DNA of 64,000 nucleotides from Anaeromyxobacter sp. (GTDB lineage Bacteria; Myxococcota; Myxococcia; Myxococcales; Anaeromyxobacteraceae): assembly GCA_049840735.1 (NCBI GenBank), contig JASGJN010000013.1, positions 224,001 through 288,000 on the forward strand, in the 5' to 3' direction. Positions 56,458-64,000 of the stretch are shown in pieces. A program made the translations under genes and the position numbers. The notes under the pieces are model-generated. The model searched no databases. It was not told the DNA's origin and worked only from the letters and a program-made list of their open reading frames with translations. Each line of letters starts with the position of its first letter. Positions within the stretch are counted from its first letter, which is position 1.

Positions 56458-56646
56458 ATGGCCCCCATCATCGTTCCCAGGGACGACGACACGCAGCCCA
56501 CCCCTCCGTGCCCGAGATGCGGGGTCCCCGGCCAGCCGCTGGCCGACAGCCCCCTCGGGCCACCGGGGGTCCGCTGGTACTTCTGCGCGAACAGGTCCTG
56601 CCCGGCCGCACCGCCAGCGCACCAGTGGTACGTCGTGTCTCGCTAG
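56458..56646 (+). CDS. Small zinc-ribbon-like protein
   Basis: CPRCG...YFCANRSC; AGGAG RBS. Confidence 0.5.
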   Translation: MAPIIVPRDDDTQPTPPCPRCGVPGQPLADSPLGPPGVRWYFCANRSCPAAPPAHQWYVVSR

Positions 56647-56922
56647 GCCGCTGCGGCGAGGGCCGCCTGGAGCGCTGCGCGGGCCAGCAGGACGTGCGCC
56701 AGGGCCGGCTGGGCGGCTGCGGCGAGGGCCCCGGCCGCCTCCCAGAGGGCCGGCTCGGGCGCTGGGAGGGCCGGACCCCGCAGTGCTGGCGCAGTGCGCG
56801 CCATGCGAAGCGTGGGGTCCCGTGGCACCAGCTGCGCCGGGGAGCGAAGCGCGTCGCCAGCAAATCCGACGGGATGCGACGGCGTGCGCAGTGATGCGAC
56901 CACGTGCGAGCCGTCCGGTAGC

Positions 56923-56969
56923 GCTTGGGGTGCAAGTGGTCGCTGGTTCAAATCCAGTCGCCCCGACTC
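56923..56969 (+). repeat. att site copy 2 (right end of element 1 / left end of element 2)
   Basis: 47-bp identity to 39216-39262; lacks the tRNA 5' half. Confidence 0.95.
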
Positions 56970-57285
56970 TCTTAGGCCCCGCCGTTGCAGCGGTTTTCCG
57001 CTCCTCGGCGGGGCCGTTTTCTTCGCCCCTCCCACGACCCCGCCCGGCTGGCGCCCGGTTAGTCATCGGCCGCGGTGTTTCTGGCACGTCGCCATCGACG
57101 CGCGCCGCCAGCCGCGCCAGCCCTGCACGCATGTCCTCCACCTCCAGGTGCCCGTAGATCTCGGTGGTGAGCTTCGGGTCGGAGTGGCGGAGCACGCGCT
57201 GCACGGTGGCCAGCGGCACCCACGCCTTGAGGAGCAACGTCGCCGTCGTGTGCCGGAGGTCCTTGAACGTGAGGTGCCGCGCGGC
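56923..57285 (-). pseudogene. Tyrosine integrase C-terminal remnant
   Basis: FKDLRHTTATLLLK..VPLATVQRVLRHSDPKLTTEIYGHL, reading into att as VGATGFEPATT; N-terminal domains absent. Confidence 0.85.
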
Positions 57286-57289
57286 CAAG

Positions 57290-57560
57290 TCGAGAGTAGA
57301 CGTCGGCCAGTGCAACGAGCGCGAACGGCTCCGGACCTTCCGCGGCAATCGCCTCGTCGTAGTAGCTCGCCGCCCTAGAGGTTTCCGTCGAAGTCGCAAA
57401 GGAGCCCTGCCTTCTTGGCCAAGAGGGGGGTGTTGGCTGGCCTCGACGTGCTCGGCCGCGTACGCGCCAACGCTGCCTCCAGGCAAGCGATGGCTTCGCC
57501 CAATCTGCCTGCGCGAGCCAGTTCGGAAGCAGCGCGAAGCGGGTTCTCCTCATCCTTCAT
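57290..57560 (-). pseudogene. TPR-like protein fragment
   Basis: LARAGRLGEAIACLEAAL, then AASYYDEAIAAE in another frame. Confidence 0.4.
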
Positions 57561-57759
57561 GACTGCCTCCGGGGCTCGTCCGCCCGGTCTCGCGGGCCAG
57601 GCTCAACAATTCCCGGGCTCGAGCAATCGTACCCAGCGCCGCGGTGATGAACGCTGCGTCATCCCCGCCCTCCTCGAGGCAGGCGTCCCAGTACCGGGCG
57701 ATGTCCTCCTCCTTCTTCAGCTGCTCTGCGGTGTCCCACCTCTTGAGCTTGAGCGTCAT
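57550..57759 (-). pseudogene. Addiction-module antidote protein (truncated HTH antitoxin)
   Basis: WDTAEQLK.EEDIA.Y..ACLEE..DD..FI..ALG.IARAR...LARETG, truncated within the HTH. Confidence 0.7.
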
Positions 57760-57831
57760 GCGTCACCTCTGGAGCTGCAGCGCCAGCCTGCATGCCGACC
57801 ACACTGCCGGGCGCGACGCCCCCCATCGACA

Positions 57832-58104
57832 CTACAGCTTCGCGTTGACGTACCTGGCGAGGATCATCTTGGCGGCGGTCTGGTACCCGACGCCGAGCTC
57901 CTTGCCGCGCTTCCGGAGCGCCTCCTTGAGCTCGTCGCTGAGCAGGATGGACGTCGGCCGCTGGGGGCGCACGACGACGGCGGTCCCCGCGGACTCGATG
58001 TCCCCACCGAGGTCGCGCTCCTTGAACTCGCGCAGCGTCGCGTCGCGGGCTCCCCGAGCGTTCTTCATTGCCCGGCCACGGGCGGTCGTCTTACGTCGCT
58101 GCAT
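57832..58104 (-). CDS. BrnA/CopG-like antitoxin
   Basis: TSILLSDELKEALRKRGKELGVGYQT..KMIL, overlapping the BrnT-like gene. Confidence 0.75.
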   Translation of the reverse strand: MQRRKTTARGRAMKNARGARDATLREFKERDLGGDIESAGTAVVVRPQRPTSILLSDELKEALRKRGKELGVGYQTAAKMILARYVNAKL

Positions 58105-58415
58105 CGTATGTCTCCTTCTCCCGCCTCCGCATCGCGCGGCAGCTAATGGGGCGCAGCATGTCACCGCGCCGCGTGAAGATGAGCGCGGCGTGCCGGCCGC
58201 CCGAGGTGACGCCGAGGAGCAGGTAACGTGGCTCGTCGTGTGCCGGCTCGACGATCTCGGCCAGCGAACAGGACCGCAGCATCCAGGATGCTCTCCACAT
58301 CCGCGATGCTGAATCCATGCTTCGTCTGGCTCTTGGTGCTGTTGCCGGCGTCCCACTCCGTCTGGGGTCGCCTCCCCAGCCACTCGGCGATGTCCGGTGC
58401 GGCCCTCAGCCTCAC
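58091..58415 (-). CDS. BrnT-family toxin (frameshift near 58260)
   Basis: EWDAGN..KS..KHGFS..DVE, then HDEPRYLLLG....FTRRG..LRPISCR.M...EK..Y. Confidence 0.8.
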
Positions 58416-58426
58416 CAGGCGAACTA

Positions 58427-58443
58427 TAGCTATGTCATAGCTA
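58427..58443. promoter_or_regulatory. Perfect inverted repeat, putative TA operator
   Basis: TAGCTATG-T-CATAGCTA just upstream of the brnT-like gene. Confidence 0.6.
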
Positions 58444-58508
58444 CCCGTCAAGCCGAGACGCCACCCGCCCGGGCAGGCAGTTGATCGGGCTTGCGGACCC
58501 TTGCTGGG

Positions 58509-58822
58509 TCAGGTCTCGCCCGAGCGGTTGCTGCGGACGAGCGCCGAGAAATCCTGCTCTGCGATCGGAAAGGCATGCGTCGAGATCCGGACGTACGGCA
58601 GCCGGCCCCGCTCGCACAGTCGTAGACGGTCGCCGTCGAGACGCGGAGCCGGGCGGCGGCCTCCTTCACGGTGAGAAGACGCGGACACGAACTCCCAGTC
58701 CCGATTTCTTGCATTACGGGTGCGTTAACTTTCGAGCGAAACGCGACGAATTCGAGCGAAAGCAGCGACCGTGCCTGGTCCGGATCCCCCCTCCTTGCGA
58801 AGAGTTGCCAGACACGACCCAT
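58509..58822 (-). pseudogene. Excisionase-type HTH, in frame with att copy 3 (one-base frameshift near 58620)
   Basis: LLTVKEAAARLRVSTATVY|LCERGRLPYVRIS. Confidence 0.75.
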
Positions 58823-58844
58823 GTTGACTGATGGTACGGACGGA

Positions 58845-58889
58845 CTTGGGGTGCAAGTGGTCGCTGGTTCAAATCCAGTCGCCCCGACT
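58845..58889 (+). repeat. att site copy 3
   Basis: 45-bp identity to 39217-39261. Confidence 0.95.
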
Positions 58890-59289
58890 TAGAAGCCCCC
58901 GGAAGCGCTCGCGAAAGCGGTGGTCCGGGGGCTTCGTCTTTCCCGGCTTCGAACGGTCTCACCACCGGCTCACCAAGCGGCGAGCCCGACCGTTCGCCCG
59001 GGTTCCTGATCAGGTCCGCGCACGAAGCCGTCGATGGCGGCGTCATCCGCATCGGTGACCTTCGCGCGTTGCTCCTTGCGGCGCTGGAGGCGCTGGAGGA
59101 ACCAGGGCGAGGTGGCGGCGCGTGACCCCATCCCACGCAGCGGTCACCCCGCCTGGAGCCTTCGGTCGAGATTGCATCTCGGCGCCGCTCTCGCGGCGGC
59201 GGGACACGCGTCGCCCAGCGGCGACGGCCGCGGGACGGGTCATGCTGTCTGCGCGCAATGAAGAAGGGGCGGCCCAGCGGGCCGGTGGT

Positions 59290-59710
59290 TCAGTTGACGA
59301 CAGCGGGCCCGCGCTGATTGGCGACCCGGGCGACCAGCAGCGCGTCGCGGAGGGTCTCCGCGGCACGGGCCCAGGCGATGGGGCCGCCGTCCTTGCGAGG
59401 CGCCAGGGCCCGCCAAGCGCTCAGCGCGTTGTAGCCGATGATCCGCAGCCAGCTGACGGTCTCGATGGCGGCCCGGTTCGCCTGGCAGGGGTGGCCGTCG
59501 TCCTCGCCCAGCACCACGTCCCGGGTCCAGTGGCAGCGGTTCTCGATCCCCCAGTGCAGTCGGACGAGCGCCAGCTCCTGGTCGCGGGTCAGTCAGGGTT
59601 CCGGCGGGGATCGACGTGACGAAGTACCGCTGCTCGACCGCCACGATCTTGCCGCGCCGGTCGGTCGTGGTCTGACAGACGTACCAGAGCTGCTGGGCGC
59701 CCTCCATGTT
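59290..59710 (-). pseudogene. ISAs1-family transposase 3' remnant
   Basis: EQRYFVTS, RLHWGIENRCHWTRDVVLGEDD, across frameshifts. Confidence 0.8.
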
Positions 59711-59737
59711 GCGCTGTAGCGCCACTGTAGCTACACT
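59709..59737 (+). promoter_or_regulatory. Sigma-70-like promoter with overlapping TGTAGC/GCTACA operator
   Basis: TTGCGC-17-TACACT; palindrome TGTAGCTACA at 59726-59735; ATG 7 nt downstream (leaderless). Confidence 0.55.
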
Positions 59738-59743
59738 CGCCCC

Positions 59744-59992
59744 ATGCGCAAGGACGCCGTTTACCGGATGCGGGTCCCCAAGCGGACCCTCGCCGCCATC
59801 AAGAAGGTCGCGGCCGCCAAGGGCGAGGACGCCTCCGAGTGGGGTCGCGCCATCATCGAGACGGAGCTGCGCCGAGATCTGGCCGCGCTGCAGCTGCGCG
59901 ACCAGCTCCAGGCCGCCAAGGCCGGGAGCCTCACCGAGGACGAGGCCATGGACCTCGTCAACGAGGCAAAGCGGGCCACGAGGGCCCGGTGA
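59744..59992 (+). CDS. Ribbon-helix-helix-like antitoxin
   Basis: VYRMRVP...L..IKKVA...G...SEW.R; GTGA-coupled to the PIN gene. Confidence 0.7.
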   Translation: MRKDAVYRMRVPKRTLAAIKKVAAAKGEDASEWGRAIIETELRRDLAALQLRDQLQAAKAGSLTEDEAMDLVNEAKRATRAR

Positions 59993-60417
59993 TCCGGGCG
60001 GTCCTCGACTGCAACGTGGTCATCACCGCCGCCCTGACCCGAGGCAAGTGCGCCGAGCTGGTCTCCAGGGCACGGCTCCGCGACGGCTTCGAGCTGGTCT
60101 GGTCGCCCCCCATCGTCGCCGAATGCCTCCGCGTCATCGAGTACCCGAAGCTCGCCGGCAAGTTCCGCACAGACCCGCGCCTCCTCGTCGAGCGGGCCAT
60201 GGCCAGCGCTCACATGGTGGCGACCGACCTGCTGCCCGCACTGGACGTCGTGAAGGCCGACCCTTCGGACAACGTCTACCTGGCGACCGCGCTGGCGGGC
60301 GGCGCACGCTGGGTGGTGACCGGCAACACCCGGCACCTCACGCCGCTCGACGGCTACGCGGGGCTCAAGGTCGTGGAGCCGGTGGTCTTCCTGGCGGAAC
60401 TCGACGCGCAAGGGTGA
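59989..60417 (+). CDS. PIN-domain putative toxin
   Basis: RAVLDCNVVITAAL, I..E..RV..YPK, ADPSDNVYLATA..G.A..VVTGN.RHL. Confidence 0.85.
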   Translation: MIRAVLDCNVVITAALTRGKCAELVSRARLRDGFELVWSPPIVAECLRVIEYPKLAGKFRTDPRLLVERAMASAHMVATDLLPALDVVKADPSDNVYLATALAGGARWVVTGNTRHLTPLDGYAGLKVVEPVVFLAELDAQG

Positions 60418-60561
60418 TCGCCCCTGGCAGGGACCGGATTCTGGTTTCCCGACCCGCACGTGCGCCGGCCGCCCCTCGGCGACGAGGAGCCCTCCGGCGA
60501 GGGCGGGCCGGCGGATGGATCGCCGCTCCACCGAGCGCGGGTGCGCCCGAGCACGCCGCGC

Positions 60562-62193
60562 TCAGTTGCTGCTGCCGCGCGGGTTCTCCAGCTTCCTCAT
60601 CGCCTCGTCGACCGCCTTCTTCATGCTGAGCGTGTCGGCGCCCTGGCTCGGCGGAAACTCCTGGAGGCTCTTCAGGTGCTCGGCGAGGAAGGGCCCGGCG
60701 GCGGTGGGGGCCCAGAGCTTGCGGGCGAGGAACTGCCGGCCGACGTAGCCCCACTCCTCCGAGTCCGGGGTCATCTTCTCCATCGGGTCCATGAGCAGGT
60801 TCACCACGTAGGGGACGCTCGGGTAGGCCTTCTCGTCGAACCAGCTCCCGTGGTGCTTCACGCCCACGTGCAGCTTCCAGCCGTCCACCCGAAGTGCCAT
60901 GAGGTCCGTCTCGTCGTAGTAGAAGATCTCGCGCCGCGCCGACTTCGGCGTCTGACCGGTCCACAGCGGCAGGTTGTTGTAGCCGTCCAGGTGGACCTTG
61001 TAGGTCGCGCCGCCGATCTTCCTTCCCTTGAGCAGCTCCTCCTTCAGGTTCGGCAGCCCCGCAGCCGCGGCCAGCGTCACGAACAGGTCCTCGTGGCTCT
61101 GGATGCCGTTGGAGGACGCGCCGGGCCGGATCTTGCCGGGCCACCGCACCAGCATGGGCACGCGGAGGCCGCCCTCCCAGGTCGTCCCCTTCTCGCCGCG
61201 GAAGGGCGCGTAGCCGCCGTCGGGCCAGTACATCAGCTCGTTGCCGTTGTCGGTGGTGTAGACGACGATCGTGTTCTCCGCGGCTCCCAGCTCGTCGAGC
61301 TTCTTCAGCAGCGCGCCGACCAGCTCGTCGTGCTCGATCATGCGCGCGCGCGCGACGTCCTCCTCCGCGCGCCCCTCGTCGACCGCCATCCGCACGTACC
61401 TCTCGGCGGGGTGTGACCAGATGTGAATGGCGGTCGAGTTGTACCAGCAGAAGAACGGCTTTCCGCTCTTCACTGCGCCCTCGAGCCACCTGAGCGTCTC
61501 GGTGGTGACCTCCTGGTCGATGGTCTCCATGCGCTTGCGCGTGAGCTTGCCGGTATCCTCGATGCGCTGCTTGCCGATACGGCCGAACTTCGGGTCGGTG
61601 GTCGCATCGTCCCTGTCGGTGGCCCAGGCATGGAGCACGCCGCGCGGGCCGAACTTCTTCGTGTACTCGGGGCTCTTCTGGCCCGGGTAGTCGAGCTCCT
61701 CCGGCTCCTCCTCGGCGTTGAGGTGGTAGAGGTTCCCGAACCACTCGTCGAACCCGTGCGCGGTGGGCAGGAACTCGTTGCGGTCGCCGAGGTGGTTCTT
61801 GCCGAACTGGCCGGTGACGTAGCCCAGGGGCTTCAGGACCTCCGCGAGCGTCGGATCCGACTTCTGGATCCCTCGGGTCGAGCCGGGGATGCCGACGGTG
61901 GTCATCCCCGTGCGCACGGGGAGCTGCCCCATGATGAAGGCGGACCGGCCCGCGGTGCAGCTCGGCTGGCCGTAGTGATCCGTGAAGAGCATGCCCTCGG
62001 CGGCGATGCGGTCGATGTTGGGCGTGCTGCCCATCATCCCGTGGGTGTACGCGCCCACGTTCCACATCCCGATGTCGTCGCCGAAGATGACGAGGATGTT
62101 GGGCCTCTTCTGCGCCTGCGCCAGCGCAGGGATGAGCAGCAACGCTGCCACGAGCGCTCCCGCGCGCCCAACCGAGGTCACGTCTCGCGGCAT
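60562..62193 (-). CDS. Arylsulfatase (formylglycine-dependent), secreted
   Basis: Signal peptide; RPNILVIFGDDIG, SCTAGR, GKNHLG, TTDNG, GEKGTTWEGG.RVP. Confidence 0.93.
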   Translation of the reverse strand: MPRDVTSVGRAGALVAALLLIPALAQAQKRPNILVIFGDDIGMWNVGAYTHGMMGSTPNIDRIAAEGMLFTDHYGQPSCTAGRSAFIMGQLPVRTGMTTVGIPGSTRGIQKSDPTLAEVLKPLGYVTGQFGKNHLGDRNEFLPTAHGFDEWFGNLYHLNAEEEPEELDYPGQKSPEYTKKFGPRGVLHAWATDRDDATTDPKFGRIGKQRIEDTGKLTRKRMETIDQEVTTETLRWLEGAVKSGKPFFCWYNSTAIHIWSHPAERYVRMAVDEGRAEEDVARARMIEHDELVGALLKKLDELGAAENTIVVYTTDNGNELMYWPDGGYAPFRGEKGTTWEGGLRVPMLVRWPGKIRPGASSNGIQSHEDLFVTLAAAAGLPNLKEELLKGRKIGGATYKVHLDGYNNLPLWTGQTPKSARREIFYYDETDLMALRVDGWKLHVGVKHHGSWFDEKAYPSVPYVVNLLMDPMEKMTPDSEEWGYVGRQFLARKLWAPTAAGPFLAEHLKSLQEFPPSQGADTLSMKKAVDEAMRKLENPRGSSN

Positions 62194-62440
62194 GGATCCG
62201 CTCCTTCACCCTGCGTGAGGCCTGAACTCTTGCAGCGAAGTGACATGGCTTCACCCCTACGATGGGTGTGGGCCCTCCGTGGGCCGCTGGCTCGCGCTTG
62301 CGCCCCGGTGACGACACGTCGCGCCACGGCGGCCGGTCCTCCGGCTGGACTGCTGCGCCACCCTCGCATCCCGCATACGATGGACGAGCACCCGGATCGT
62401 GGCGTGGAAGGCGAACTCCTCACTGGCGGGGCGATCACCC

Positions 62441-64000
62441 TTGAAGAAGACCGCGCGCCAGAGAAGGCCGACCGCCGCGCCTTCCCATGGAAGGGGGACC
62501 TGGCGGGCAGGCGTCCGCCTGGTCGGCTTCTTCGCCCTGACCGCCGTCGCCGCCGCACTCGTCGCGGCGCTCGTCCACCGGCACTCCTCGCCGTCCTCCT
62601 CCGGGCCCCCCGCGACCCCGGCTGCGACGGCCGGGTTCGTGGGCAGCGAGGCCTGCGCCGAGTGCCATCGCCCCGAGCACACCGCCTGGAAGGGCTCCCA
62701 GCACGCACGCGCCATGCAGCACGCGACCCTGGCGACGGTGCGGGGCGACTTCAGCGGCACGACCTTCACGAACCAGGGCGTCCGCTCGACCTTCTTCACT
62801 CGCGATGCCCGGCTCTTCGTCCGGACCGATGGACCGGACGGCCAGCTCTCCGACTTCGAGGTGCAGTACACCTTTGGCCTGGAGCCGCTGCAGCAATACC
62901 TGGTCGAGCTGCCTGGCGGGCGGCTGCAGGCGCTCTCGATCGCCTGGGACACGCGCGCCGCCTCGGACGGCGGGCAGCGCTGGCTTCACCTCTACCCCGG
63001 CGAGCACATCGACCACCGCGACGAGCTCCACTGGACGAAGCGCGCCCAGAACTGGAACCACATGTGCGCGGACTGCCACTCGACCAACGTTCGCAAGGGC
63101 TACGAACCGGATGCCGACCGGTTCGCGACGGGCTGGTCGGAGCTGACGGTCGGATGCGAGGCGTGCCACGGGCCCGGGTCGGCGCACATCGCCTGGGCGC
63201 GATCACCCCGGCGCACCGACGGCACGCACGGCCTGACCGTCGCGCTCGAAGAGCGCCGCGGCGTCACCTGGCGCGTCGATCCCGGGACCGGGGCGGTCAC
63301 CCGGAGCCGCGGCCGCCCGGAGGACCGCGAGATCGAGGCCTGCGCGCCCTGCCACGCTCGGCGCGCTCAGATCGCGGAGGGCTACCGCGCCGGCGCTCCC
63401 TTCCTCGACCACTACGCCCCCTCGCTGCTCGAGCCAGGCCTGTACCACGCAGACGGTCAGCAGCGCGGCGAGGTCTATATCTGGGGTTCATTCCTGCAGA
63501 GCAGGATGTATCGCGAGGGGGTGACCTGCAGCGATTGCCACGAGCCGCACACGGGCCGGCTGCGCAGCGAGGGCAACGGCGTGTGCACCCGGTGCCACGT
63601 GGCGTCGAGATACGCCAGCCGGCAGCACCATTTCCACGATCCGGACTCGCCCGGGGGGAGCTGCGTCGCCTGCCACATGCCGGCGCGCGACTACATGGTC
63701 GTCGACCCGCGACGCGACCACAGCCTGCGGGTCCCGCGGCCGGACCTCACCACCGCCCTCGGCGTGCCGAACGCCTGCAACGGCTGCCACCGACGGCGGA
63801 GCGCGCGATGGGCGGCCGACGCCGTGAGGCGCTGGTATGGGCGGGACGGGCGAAGCTTCCAGACGTTCGCGGAGAGCTTCCACGCGGCGGAGGCGGGCGG
63901 CCGGGATGCGGTGAGCACCCTCGCAGCGGCCGCGGCCGACCTCGGCCAGTCTCCCATCGCCCGGGCCTCGGCGCTGGCGCGCCTCTCCCCGACCGACGAC
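62441..64000 (+). CDS. Multiheme c-type cytochrome (3' partial; not in ORF track because no stop in window)
   Basis: N-terminal TM helix; CAECH, CADCH, CEACH, CAPCH, CSDCH, CTRCH, CVACH, CNGCH in one frame. Start may be GTG 62399 or TTG 62441. Confidence 0.88.
   Translation, partial: MKKTARQRRPTAAPSHGRGTWRAGVRLVGFFALTAVAAALVAALVHRHSSPSSSGPPATPAATAGFVGSEACAECHRPEHTAWKGSQHARAMQHATLATVRGDFSGTTFTNQGVRSTFFTRDARLFVRTDGPDGQLSDFEVQYTFGLEPLQQYLVELPGGRLQALSIAWDTRAASDGGQRWLHLYPGEHIDHRDELHWTKRAQNWNHMCADCHSTNVRKGYEPDADRFATGWSELTVGCEACHGPGSAHIAWARSPRRTDGTHGLTVALEERRGVTWRVDPGTGAVTRSRGRPEDREIEACAPCHARRAQIAEGYRAGAPFLDHYAPSLLEPGLYHADGQQRGEVYIWGSFLQSRMYREGVTCSDCHEPHTGRLRSEGNGVCTRCHVASRYASRQHHFHDPDSPGGSCVACHMPARDYMVVDPRRDHSLRVPRPDLTTALGVPNACNGCHRRRSARWAADAVRRWYGRDGRSFQTFAESFHAAEAGGRDAVSTLAAAAADLGQSPIARASALARLSPTDD

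Larger units (their letters stand above)
56923..58889. mobile_element. Decayed second tRNA-Pro-integrated element (~1.9 kb)
   Basis: Bounded by att copies 2 and 3; contains an integrase 3' remnant, TA genes and an HTH remnant. Confidence 0.75.

Noticed and set aside
56923..56969. Possible extra tRNA-Pro genes at att copies 2 and 3
   Set aside because: Only the 3' portion is present; the acceptor 5' strand and D-arm are missing.

Overview
Very GC-rich bacterial DNA whose gene content suggests Myxococcota (Anaeromyxobacter-like; inferred). 1-39 kb is mostly core chromosome: CgeB-type glycosyltransferases, ugd, glgX, a sigma-54 regulator, glnE, patatin, ilvE, a non-canonical Fic protein, nfo, DHH, cysteine desulfurase, 6S RNA-ygfA-ymdB-tyrS, rlmE, two ferredoxins and a TPP enzyme. 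It also holds a module in which rib and tat genes sit back-to-back with a Tat-lipoprotein flavoenzyme, a multiheme cytochrome and a two-component system. A tRNA-Pro(GGG) at 39186-39259 is an integration hotspot: its 3' part recurs at 56923-56969 and 58845-58889. The first two copies bound a ~17.7 kb PICI-like phage satellite. It carries an integrase, excisionase, primase-helicase, iteron/cos-like region, two TerS-like genes, an HK97 capsid, a ClpP-like protease fused to an Asp-box beta-propeller, an H1-like protein and a ParB-like+Dam pair, with no recognisable portal, TerL or tail genes. Next come a ~1.9 kb decayed element and the start of a third. In each element att lies inside the integrase reading frame, so excision would swap the Int C-terminus: a 92-aa tail ending AALAAAA for element 1 and an excisionase-type HTH for element 2. 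Many single-base frameshifts, including in housekeeping genes, point to sequencing indels.
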